Shown here: positions 26,901 through 37,223 of the stretch, piece after piece
Numbering within the stretch: the stretch's first letter is position 1
How the letters are laid out: every line of letters begins with the position of its first letter
Assembly: GCF_001194135.2 (NCBI RefSeq)
Contig: NC_068981.1
Coordinates: 86,407,741 to 86,471,740 of the forward strand
Origin: Octopus bimaculoides
Taxonomy: Eukaryota
Reading direction: 5' to 3'
Length of the DNA stretch: 64,000 nucleotides
Program-made: the position numbers and the translations under genes
The notes under the pieces: model-generated
What the model was told of the DNA's origin: nothing
Seen by the model: the letters and a program-made list of their open reading frames with translations, nothing else
The model's database searches: none

Positions 26901-27106
26901 ATTTAAATTTTTTTATGGCTATCATTATAGGTAATCTTTGAAATTTCTTTAGCGAGGGCCACGTTTTATAAATGGAAAGATTTATCAAAATCTATTATTG
27001 AGCAAAATCTAATGAAATCTACTTTGAAAGAAACTGGATTAAATTTTTATCAAGTGAGTGAACTGTTTCTTGCAAAGCACATACAGTTACATTTTTCTGT
27101 TAACAG

Positions 27107-27271
27107 AGCTCAACTACAGAGGATAGCTGCTCTTGAATCAAGCTGGGCTCATCTCGGGAATGGTCTGAATGCTCACAACAATCCAATTTGGCTTCAGCTC
27201 TATCTAAGTGTGTGTAAATTGCTTGACATGGCATTAATCCTACCAGCAGATATTATTCCTCAATTTCAACT
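27107..27271 (+). CDS. DOP1: DOP1 exon (R-AQLQRIAALESSWAHLGNGLNAHNNPIWLQLYLSVCKLLDMALILPADIIPQFQ-L)
   Basis: ttaacag acceptor and gtgagt donor, 165 nt, phase 2-2. Matches the Dopey C-terminal motif WLxLYLSxCKxLDxALxLPxxxxPQFQxYxWAF. Confidence 0.95.
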
Positions 27272-27486
27272 GTGAGTAGTATTCTAGTATATAATTCTTT
27301 GTAGTGTACAATAAAGTTATAGTATGCATTTTTTTTTTATTGCAGTATATGAAGGAAAGTAAATGTTTAATTATATAATTGTGATGAAACTAAGAACCAC
27401 TTTTATATTTTCTTTTCTATTTCATGTACATTTTCCTATTGTTGTACGTGTAAGCTGAACACTCATTATTGATATTTCCCTTTCAG

Positions 27487-27613
27487 CTATAAATGGGCTT
27501 TCACAGGTGGACCTAGTATTGAAGAGGACCATCAAGAAGATCCAAAGCAGAACCCTAAGATAAAAAGTTTTGTCTGTCATGTAACTCGAATCAGTAAACT
27601 CCTCAACAGTCGA
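27487..27613 (+). CDS. DOP1: DOP1 exon (L-YKWAFTGGPSIEEDHQEDPKQNPKIKSFVCHVTRISKLLNSR)
   Basis: tttcag acceptor and gtaagt donor, 127 nt, phase 2-0. Continues the PQFQ-L-YKWAF motif. Confidence 0.95.
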
Positions 27614-28631
27614 GTAAGTAATTCTCTCCAAATTATTCATTAATGTCTGCATCTGGTATGGGAGGATATTGTTATAGACTCAGAATGTAACCTAACAACT
27701 CCAGAGTAATTATAGGTTAATCTGGTTCGAACTTACATTGTATTCTTCTAAATGCTAACTGTAACTCTGTTACCTCCTTTATCTCCACAAAAAGGTCCTT
27801 CCTTTCTTTAAATTACAATAAACCTTTGGGCCAATGCTTAAAGAGGGCAGAGATATTTCCCTCTCATTCCAATGTAGGTAACTTTTTGCAGAAAGTGAGA
27901 TACCTATTCTCCAATTAAAAAATCTGAACAAAGTAGAATATGAAAGTTTATTTAGCAATATAAACTTACAAACCATGGTTTGCAAGTTTAATAGCTTATC
28001 GTCATCATCATCATCTTAATTTAGTGGCCATTTTCCATGCTGGCATGGGTTAGACAGTTTGATTGGAACTGGTGAGCTAAAGAGCTGTACCAGGCTCCAA
28101 TCTGGTTTGGCTTGGTTTCTATGGCTGGATGCCCTTCCTGATGCCAAAATCATTTTAGTAATTTCACTTCTACGTTTTAAACTTTATCTAACAATACTAA
28201 CCTACTTGTCATCAGTTGGCCTTAAAATCAAGAAATATATTTCATTGCAGTTAATGCTAAGAAAGTTTAAAACATTTATCCAAAAAGGATGGCCAAAGTA
28301 TTTAAGAAATCTCTTGTAATGGAAAGTTAATGATGCTTAAAATGATGTCTTTAAGAGTTTTAAAACTTTGAAGTTAGTATTATATGGAAATATATGAAGA
28401 AAAAAAAAAGAGGAATGCTGTCCTCAGAATGAATGATTTACATATAGTCTGGTGCTACATGTAAAGCAAGATAGATTTTGAGAAACAAGAACATTTTAAC
28501 TGAGCAGTAACTAAGTACCAAAAGCAAGTTGTGAGAAGAAAATAACTGTAGTGATATTGGTAAAAGAATGATCATATTTAAACAAACATTGTGTGTTTAT
28601 ATTTAAAGCAAAACTACTTTTCTTTTGACAG

Positions 28632-28970
28632 ATACAAGGGGAACCCTCAAGCCTAAAAGTTGTTCAAGGACAGCCACTACTTAATATGAGCCATATTAGA
28701 TCTCTAATGGAATTACAACCATTTTTTAATGCTCTTTATCAAGAATCAAAAGGTTCAAAATCTACTAGTTCTTCATCTTTGATACCCTCTGAGACATTAC
28801 TAACACCAAGGTCTTTCATTCCTAAATCTCGGTCTGCACCAGAATTTGATTATCGAACTACAGTAAACTCTGAAATACTTCCTTCCAGCAATTTTTGCCC
28901 TTTAAACAACCAACAAGTCATTGAAGAATATGTTAAAAAAGATTTTTTAGAGTTTTTCCCTCCATCATAA
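28632..28970 (+). CDS. DOP1: DOP1 terminal coding exon (IQGEPSSL...LQPFFNAL...VIEEYVKKDFLEFFPPS*)
   Basis: ttgacag acceptor, phase 0, open to TAA 28968-28970. LQPFFNAL and IEEYVKKDFLE match the Dopey C-terminus (recalled LLPFFNVL / IEEMVEKDFLE). Confidence 0.93.
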   Translation: MQGEPSSLKVVQGQPLLNMSHIRSLMELQPFFNALYQESKGSKSTSSSSLIPSETLLTPRSFIPKSRSAPEFDYRTTVNSEILPSSNFCPLNNQQVIEEYVKKDFLEFFPPS

Positions 28971-29289
28971 ATATGCTTAATTCAGTACAAATTGTAAATG
29001 GAAAATCAAACTGGGTTCTTGTTCAGTTTGTAACTTGTTTTTATTTATGTTACCTTCCTCTTAGGGATAATGTATTGGTATCCAACCAGACTTGTCTCAA
29101 AAAAAAATTTATAATGTGAAAAAAAGCAACAGAGAAATATTCTTTTTTATTTTGTTGAAAACATGCCAGTATAGAAACACAGATATATAAAAACATTTAT
29201 CATAAGAACTTTGACAATCTGGTGAAGCTGTAAATTAAAACTATTTCTGCTGTGTTTTTACCATGAGCATGATCATATGTATCAAATTT

Positions 29290-29641
29290 AATAAAAATAT
29301 GTAAAAACAGAGATTATTGAAATTATGTTTAATTTTTGATGCAATTTATTTTTATATAATTGTTATTTCATTAACTATTAAATTGCAACTGTTATATACA
29401 AAAATGTAAATCATTATAACTGTAGGTTTGCATGTATGTGTCTCCATAAGAATAATGAATTACTACATTGTTTTATAATTCCATGAAATAAGAAATTGGT
29501 TGAATACAACTAAAGAAAAGGTTTTTAGAAAAGATTGTCTAGAAATTAAAACATTATGTGTTGTAACATTTGAATATTTGTACTTACATTTCTTAGGTTT
29601 GAGTTGTTTTTTGTTTATTATTTTACTGTAATATTAATAAA
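29290..29641 (+). terminator. Candidate DOP1 polyadenylation signals (AATAAA at 29290 and 29636)
   Basis: Hexamers in the AT-rich 3' UTR downstream of the stop; the second is followed by a U/GU-rich tract. AATAAA is also frequent by chance here. Confidence 0.4.
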
Positions 29642-30191
29642 AGTTGATGTTTTTATCCTTTCATTTAAGAGAAATTATTACATAAGTATGACTTTTTTTT
29701 TCTATAAAAGAAAATTTTAAATATTTTCACTTTTTTGCAATTGGTTTGCTGCAAAAAGAACTGTATATAAAGCCAATCACATAAGAATAGCCATTGAAAA
29801 GGCGATTACACTGGTGGTGCTCCAGCATGGCCACAGCCTTTGGGCTAAAACATATAAAAGAATATAACCAATTTCTTATTTCATGGAATTATAAAACAAT
29901 GTAGTAATTCATTATTCTTATGGAGACACATACATGCAAACCTACAGTTATAATGATTTACATTTTTGTATATAACAGTTGCAATTTAATAGTTAATGAA
30001 ATAACAATTATGATTGACCGTTGACTGGACACTATTCAATTTTTTTTCTCCGTGTTTTTCTCCTTGTCTCCGTATTCTTTCTGTTGAAGAGCGTAGCTCG
30101 AAACATCAAAGACTTTCCGTATTCCCGAGCGTCATACTAATACATCCTTTTGTTATTTACACCNNNNNNNNNNNNNNTATATATATATATA

Positions 30192-31059
30192 TTGGGTTGT
30201 CCGGAAAGTTTGTGCTGGTTTTTAAAGGAAAGAAAAAGGTCAATAAATACTTACCATTACATTTTTAATCAACCAAATATGAACCATTTTGTTTCACAAT
30301 GCATCTTCATCTTTCCTTTAATTTGAAAATACCCTCTTCCCAGAATTGAGGTGGTTTCATGGCAAAGAATTCATCAAGGCATCTTTTTACGTCATCCAAG
30401 GAATTGAAATTTTTACCATTAAGACTATTCTGCAGAGACCTGAATAAGTGGAAATCCAAAGGAGCAATATCTGGTGAATATGGAGGATAGGATAATACAT
30501 CCCAGCTGAGCTGCAGCAATTTTCGTCTGGTTCCCAAAGAAACGTGCGGTTGGCCAATTCTGGATGTTTCGCTTGAATTGCTGCTTTTAACTCGTCCAGT
30601 TGTGTGCAGTATTTCTCAGAATTAATTGTCTGGTTACTTAGGAGAAGCTCATAGTACAGAATTCCTTTCCAATTCCACCAGACACAAAGCAAGACTTTTA
30701 TAGGGTGAAGACCTGCTTTTGGGGTGGCTAAGGGTGGCTCATGTTGCTTACTTCAGGATTGCTTTCTCTGAACATTTTGGTAGATAATCCATTTCTCATC
30801 ACCTGTCACAATTTGCTTTAAAAAAGGCACGTTTTCATTCCGTTTATAAAGCGAATCACAGATGGAAACGCGATCCAAAAGGTTCTTCTCTCTCAACTCA
30901 TGTGGTACCCAAACATCGTAGCGATTTGTGTACCCAAGCTTTACCAGGTGCTCATGAATGACAGATTTTGATAGGTTGAGGCTTTCTGCCAATTCTCGGG
31001 TTGTGCAATGTGGCTTATTCTCAATTAATGACTTGATTTGGTCAACTTTGCCTGTCATC
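30192..31059 (-). mobile_element. Mariner (DD34D) transposon relic, 5'-truncated and frameshifted
   Basis: WVPHEL, TGDEKW, LCVWWNWKG and YSPDIAPLDFHLF motifs across three minus-strand ORFs. Mariner-type TIR TTGGGTTGTCCGGAAAGT after TA at 30190. Confidence 0.93.
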
Positions 31060-31839
31060 CTTTCAGAGTTGATAAAATAAGTACCAGTTGAGTACTGAGG
31101 TCAGTGTAACTGTGACAGTTTAAAGATACAATCTCAGATCAAATCACTTACCAGATAAGTACATCTCTGAAAATGTTATGGGATGAGGTGGTGAAGTATG
31201 ACCTTCAAACATTGGGCCTCACAGAATCAATGACAGGAGATATGCTGTGATTAAGAAGATCCAGCAACTAGGGTGAGATCACAGCCACTCATGTCCAGCC
31301 CAGTTAAGAGTACCCCTGATGCTTTGGGTGATATGATATGCTTGAGAAGACTTACTGAGACAAGTAAAACCAATATCATAGCTGTGGCCAGTGCCACCTG
31401 ACAGGCTCCTGTGCTGGTAGCATGTAAAAAGCACCCACTACACTCTCAGAGTGGTTGGTGTTAAGAAGGGCATCCAGCTGTAGAAACATGGCCAAATCAC
31501 ATTGGAGCCTGGTGCAGCTGCTGGCTCTCCAGACCTCAGTCAAACTGTTTACCCCATGCCAGTATGGAAAACGGACATTAATTAATGATGATGATGATAC
31601 ACAGAAGATGCAGTGGAATAATAATAGAAAGGTTATCAGAGAAAGTAGTGTTGTGGAAAATGCACAGGAGCCATTAAAACTACAGTTATTCAGGAAATTA
31701 ATTTTCTCAATTGCCCCAGAAGCTCTTTAGCTGTAGTAGATAGTTTCTGCTATGTAGGGGACCTAATTACCAGTGGGGGAGGGTATATGGAAAGTGAGTA
31801 AGAATAGGATGGAGGAAATTCAGAGAGCTTTTACCTCTG

Positions 31840-32470
31840 TTGGCAACCAGTGGTCTCTCCAAATGGCAGGAAGATTGTACGATGCATGTGTACAAACAGC
31901 AATGCTACATGGTAATGAGATGTGGACGCTGAATGCAGAAGACATGTGAAGGCTAGAGAGAAATGAAGCTAGCATGCTCCACTGGATGTGCAATGTTGGT
32001 ATACATGTACAATAGAAAAAAAAAGATTAGGCATAAAAGGAATTAGATGCAGTGTGCAAGAGAGAACACTGTGCGGTTTGGTCATGTAATGCATATGTAT
32101 GTAGACAGTTGCATACAGAAGTGCCAATCACTTAAATCGGATGGAACTCATAGAAGGAGGAGACACATGAAGACAAAGTACTGAAGGCCGATCTCTAGAC
32201 ACTGAGGATTACAAAGATAATGACTAAAGACCAAGATATCTGGTGCTTTGCTGTTCTCAAGAAGATTCATCCACCGCTGCAGAATTGATACTGGTGCTGG
32301 TAGCATGTAAAAAGCATCCAGTGCACTCTGTAAAGTGATTGGCATTAGGAAGGGCATCCAGCTGTAGAAATCATACCAGAACAGACAAATGGAGCCTGGT
32401 ACAGCCCTTGGCCTTACCAGCTCCTGTCAAATGGTCCAGTCCATGCTAGCATGAAAAACAGATGTTAGAT
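31840..32470 (+). mobile_element. RTE LINE 3' fragment (end of RT, 3' UTR, tail)
   Basis: Homologous to 33769-34246 (aatgaagctagcatgctc...ggatgtg; tggtcatgt; gagaag) and followed by the shared tail. Confidence 0.8.
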
Positions 32471-33515
32471 AATGATTGTACATATTCTTGTGTTTCGGTC
32501 ATTTGACTGTGGCCATGTCTTAAGAATTTAGAAATTTGAGGGATGTGAAATAAATCATTTTTAAGTTGATTTGAATTAGATAAAGCTATAAATATTTGCA
32601 TGTAAATATTAGGTTAAAAAAGCCCTTGAATGGTAAAAGTCAATGGCTACTCATGGAATTCAAACCCACATCTATAAACATGACAGACATTGGCTCAAAG
32701 CTCTCCTTCATGTTTCTTCATCAATTTTAGTTATTTTTGCCCTTACCAGCAAGAATTGTAAAAAAACCAAATGACTTATTTCATGTCTCTCAAAGTTTCT
32801 AAATTCTTACGACATCAACAACCTGTGCTGGTGCCATGTAAAAAGCATATTCAGTCCACTCTGCAGGGTGGTTGGTGTTAGGAGGGCCATCCAGCCATAA
32901 AATCCATTCCAAAACTGACTCAGCAGTCTGCTGTAGTCTTCTACCTGGTCAGCTCCTGTCAAACTGTCCAACCCATGCCAGCATGGAAGGTGGACGTGAA
33001 ATGATGATGAACATAGAATTGGTGCTGGTAAGAACAAAGCTTTTAAAATGGTTGAAGAAATTTGAAGGATTGCTTTGGTACAATATCTGTCGTGTTTACA
33101 AATGATGTGGGTTCCACTTCCATGGGCAGCCTTTGACTTTTTTTTTATCCAAGGGAATCTTTCTAACCTAATATTTACACACTTTATATGTATATAGCTT
33201 TATCTATTTTGAGTTACAATATGTGTGTAGAGAGAGAGGGATGGAGGGGCAGCTGTATCATTTATAGGTTTTCCCACAGTTGACAAGTTAATTCAGTTTA
33301 ACTTGAAAATTTAATTGAAGATTTTGGTTTGGAAGGGGGAAAAAAAAGGAGGTATGGAAAAATTTGCAGTTTTGAAGAAAAAGATTTGAGTCAAGTGTTT
33401 CATGTGAGGATATGAGTGTGAAACAGCAAAAATGAGGAAACATAGGTGAATCCTGGTAATTTTAGGTGAGAGTGCCACAGGGACAGTTACAGATATAAAA
33501 GATGAGGTAAAGTTA

Positions 33516-33690
33516 GTAACAACTGCAGTATTGTAACTGTACTAAAGTAGCATGATAATTTGCCTTATAAATTGGGGCTAGAATGAATGGTTTGATGAGA
33601 ATTAGACTGTTTTATTTATTGGAAATTTATTTTCATAGTGAGGATGCTTAAATGGTTTAAAGGGATGAAAAGACCCTGTTGAGCTTGAGA
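33516..33690 (+). pseudogene. NUMT: nuclear copy of a mitochondrial 16S rRNA (rrnL) fragment
   Basis: gcagtattgtaactgtactaaagtagcatgataatttgccttataaattggggctagaatgaatggtttga...gggatgaaaagaccctgttgagctt follows the order of conserved molluscan 16S blocks (recalled consensus ...AACTGTACTAAGGTAGCATAATAATTTGCC...GGCTAGAATGAATGGTTTGACGA...GACGAGAAGACCCT..TGAGCT). Confidence 0.85.
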
Positions 33691-33768
33691 CTATGTAAAC
33701 TTATTTCAGTATTTTTTTTTTTTTAATTAGTATATTAGTTGCTATGAAGATTTATTTTGAGTTAACTG

Positions 33769-34420
33769 TCAAGCCGTGAAACATGGGCTGTAACTGCTGA
33801 GGACATACGTAAGCTCGCAAGGAATGAAGCCAGTATGCTCCATTGGATGTGTAATGTCAATGTGAATACCCGTCAGAGTGTAAGTATCTTGAGAGAAAAG
33901 CTGAACATTAGAAGCATCAGTTGTGGTGTGCAAGAGAGACGATTGCGCTGGTATGGACATGTGGTGAGAATGGATGAGGATAGCTGCNNNNNNNNNNNNN
34001 NNNNNNNNNNNNNNNNNNNNNNNNNNNNNNNNNNNNNNNNNNNNNNNNNNNNNNNNNNNNNNNNNNNNNNNNNNNNNNNNNNNNNNNNNNNNNNNNNNNN
34101 NNNNNNNNNNNNNNGGTAGGCCCAGGAAGACCTGGGCTGAGGTGGTGAGGCAAGACCTTCGTACATTGGGCCTCACCGAGGCGATGACTACTGACCGAGG
34201 CCTTTGGAAATGTGCTGTGCGTGAGAAGACCCGGCAAGCCAAGTAAGATCGTTGCCAGTGCCCCTGGACTGGCTCTTGTGCGGGTGGCACATAAGATGCA
34301 CCATTTCGAGCGTGGCCGTTGCCAGTACCGCCTGACTGGCCTCCGTAGGATTTTCGAGCGAGATCGTTGCCAGTGCCCCTGGACTGGCTTGTGCGGGTGG
34401 CACATAAAAGACACCATGGG
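33769..34420 (+). mobile_element. Young RTE LINE 3' fragment
   Basis: RRLRWYGHVVRMDED...GRPRKTWAEVVRQDL...REKTRQAK* (RTE ORF2 end), followed by modular 3' UTR. Confidence 0.9.
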
Positions 34421-34439
34421 AAGTAATGCATGTCTAACT

Positions 34440-35280
34440 TGAGGTGTCTTGTTACATGTGGATAATAACCACCTGGATTTGAAAAATGGCATCATCTCAG
34501 TTTATCAGCTGCTAGTTTGGTTGGAAGTAATTGAGTAGGTCATTGATGTAAATAAGAGTTTGAAGTGTATGACTAAAGTGAGTTACACATATGAATCACA
34601 AAGAGAGTAAGTGTTCCATCAATATATGCTGTCATATATATGATAGCATGTATGTGTTCTGTCAATATATGAAGTTTCTCAGAATGGTATGACAAACTTC
34701 CAATCAAAGTGAGGCTGAGTTAGCAGATATGTTCAAAGGCTTTGCTGTCTGAAGAGAAACAGTATGTCCTTCCATGAAGTTCTCAAATATGAGAGACCAC
34801 TGTTGTGTAATGTAGGGGAGCATGTATGCAGTGGATCTGGCTCTGAAGAACCTATACTGATCACCAACAATTGTAAGATTCTGGAACTGCAGGTGATAGG
34901 TTGGTAACCAATAAAGTCAGAAATGCTGCTTTTTTGTATAATACAATAGACTGGGGGACAGGGGAATTTAAAAAATTAGAATAGTGTAGCAAAAGGATCA
35001 AAGAAGTGTTTAACTTGTTGCCCTGATTTGACCTGAATAGTTGTTTAGTCTCCAGCTCAGCCTTGATCAAGTAGACCTCAGTTCTGTTGTTTCCTAGTCA
35101 TGACCATTATGTCTTTTTAGGAGTATCCAGGACTACTTTGTCTAATGTATCCTTATGATATTAGGGTGTGATTTGATGGACCTTGATTTTTTCCTTGTTG
35201 GCTTGTAACCAGAAAGGTTTATACACTTGGCAGTTTTGTATATAAGGTGATAAGGTTAATGGCTAAGTTCATATGGTGTT
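34440..35280 (-). mobile_element. Decayed CR1/L2-like LINE RT fragment
   Basis: Minus strand around 34500-34560 reads LYINDLL...DD (RT core), with stops. Confidence 0.5.
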
Positions 35281-35951
35281 TGTTTTGTGTGTAAAGTGGA
35301 ATTGGAAGCAAATTACCATTATTTCAAGGTAATTTTCCATGCCAAAGAAGTTAGCTTTTTAGGCCCCACAACAGACTTCACTATTTTGCCCTTTCTTCTA
35401 CATCTTCCTTCACCAAGTTCCTTGCCCTCATTTCTACCTCGATTGTTTTCAGCCATGTCTTTCTCAGTTTCCTTCCAGATTTCTATTTATCACTCTTTTC
35501 AATCTCTTTCATTCTTCCTGAGCACGAGCCAGTTATATCCCTGGACTAAGGTGGCAAATTGGCAGAATTGTTACTGTGCAGGACAAAATGCTTGGTGACA
35601 TTTCATCCACTTTTACATTCTGGGTTCAAGAATGACTGTATTCTATTTTTTAAAAAAATTATTTAAATTCTGAGCTTATCTCTCCTGCTTTTTCTTAGAA
35701 TCTATGATATTAATCTGTTTGTCAAATCATGCATTTGAATTTTATGCTTTAAGTAACCTTAACTATGGAACAAACTAGAAGACATAATTGAATTCTCTAA
35801 CATAATGAAACAATGTTATGAAGATCTATAAATTTATAGAAATAAGATCCTTTATAAAATTTGGAATTCCCACAGTGTTAATTGCTAACAAGACAATTTT
35901 TTTTCTCATCACATATGGTTATAATTAAAATATTTTGTTAATTTCCTTCTT

Positions 35952-37035
35952 GTGGGCTAATGCAGTTTCACACCTGTTTCGGATTCCTACGTTTTAGATG
36001 ACGGAGATTATGAATATGCAAAAAAATAAAATAGAATAAAAATAACCCCCCCNNNNNNNNNNNNNNNNNNNNNNNNNNNNNNNNNNNNNNNNNNNNNNNN
36101 NNNNNNNNNNNNNNNNNNNNNNNNNNNNNNNNNNNNNNNNNNNNNNNNNNNNNNNNNNNNNNNNNNNNNNNNNNNNNNNNNNNNNNNNNNNNNNNNNNNN
36201 NNNNNNNNNNNNNNNNNNNNNNNNNNNNNNNNNNNNNNNNNNNNNNNNNNNNNNNNNNNNNNNNNNNNNNNNNNNNNNNNNNNNNNNNNNNNNNNNNNNN
36301 NNNNNNNNNNNNNNNNNNNNNNNNNNNNNNNNNNNNNNNNNNNNNNNNNNNNNNNNNNNNNNNNNNNNNNNNNNNNNNNNNNNNNNNNNNNNNNNNNNNN
36401 NNNNNNNNNNNNNNNNNNNNNNNNNNNNNNNNNNNNNNNNNNNNNNNNNNNGAGTAGAAAACACAAATTTAATATAAAAACATATTTCCTGAAATTGCAA
36501 ATTATTTAAAATATAAAAATATGATTTTCAACAGAGAGAATTTATCAAAATAGAAAACAAATGAAGTTTGAAGTTTAAAAATAATAGGATCGACCACTCA
36601 CGAACTTTCGAGTAATAGATAGATAGATAGAGAGAGAGACAGACAGACAGAGATATAGCTCGCTCCGGCCAGTTATGGTATTAGCTGTCAGTAGCCAAAG
36701 AATCAACAGGCATGCAGGCAGACAGACAGATACTTCACTAGCAGTGAGCACTTTCACTTCTGACAGCTAATAGCACGATAGTGCCGACAAATGTATTATT
36801 ATTTAAGGCAAACAGAAGTAAAACACAAATTGTTATGTTCGTCAATTCGCTACGATCTCTTTAGAGCAAACAAAATCAAAAGTTTAAATTGGGAAGCGGG
36901 AGAGGTGGGGGGTTTAAATTAAAACATTTTTTTTTTGCATATTCGTAATCTCCGATATCTAAAAACGTAGGAACCCGAAAAAATTTTTCCAAAAAAATGC
37001 ATTTTTCAAAGAGGTGCGAAACTGCATTAGCTCCC
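35952..37035. mobile_element. Foldback/MITE-like DNA element with long terminal inverted repeats, directly upstream of NOM1
   Basis: CTAATGCAGTTTC(A/G)CACCT at 35957 and inverted at 37012-37030. Subterminal IR tcggattcctacgttttagatgacggagattatgaatatgcaaaaaa vs its reverse complement at about 36930-36981. Interior partly gap. Confidence 0.75.
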
Positions 37036-37124
37036 CTTCTTGCAACAGAAACTCACACAGTGTGGTCTTTTTTTAATGATGAGATTAATTTCACGTTACA
37101 CCGTTGAATATCTTGATAATCAAC

Positions 37125-37223
37125 ATGAAAGGAATTATTAAAGTTACCCAAAGAAAAGAAAATAGAAAACTTCTTCGTAAATTGAAGAAGTTGAAAAACG
37201 TAGCATTTTCTCAAAGGAAACAA
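37125..37223 (+). CDS. NOM1: NOM1 exon 1 (MKGIIKVTQRKENRKLLRKLKKLKNVAFSQRKQ)
   Basis: ATG in caacATG context, basic N-terminus, CAA|gtgagt donor, phase 0 compatible with 40353. Confidence 0.85.

Noticed and set aside
33668-33689. Nuclear 28S rRNA fragment (AAGACCCTGTTGAGCTTGA)
   Set aside because: The upstream 150 bp follow mitochondrial 16S blocks and are AT-rich, so a NUMT fits better.
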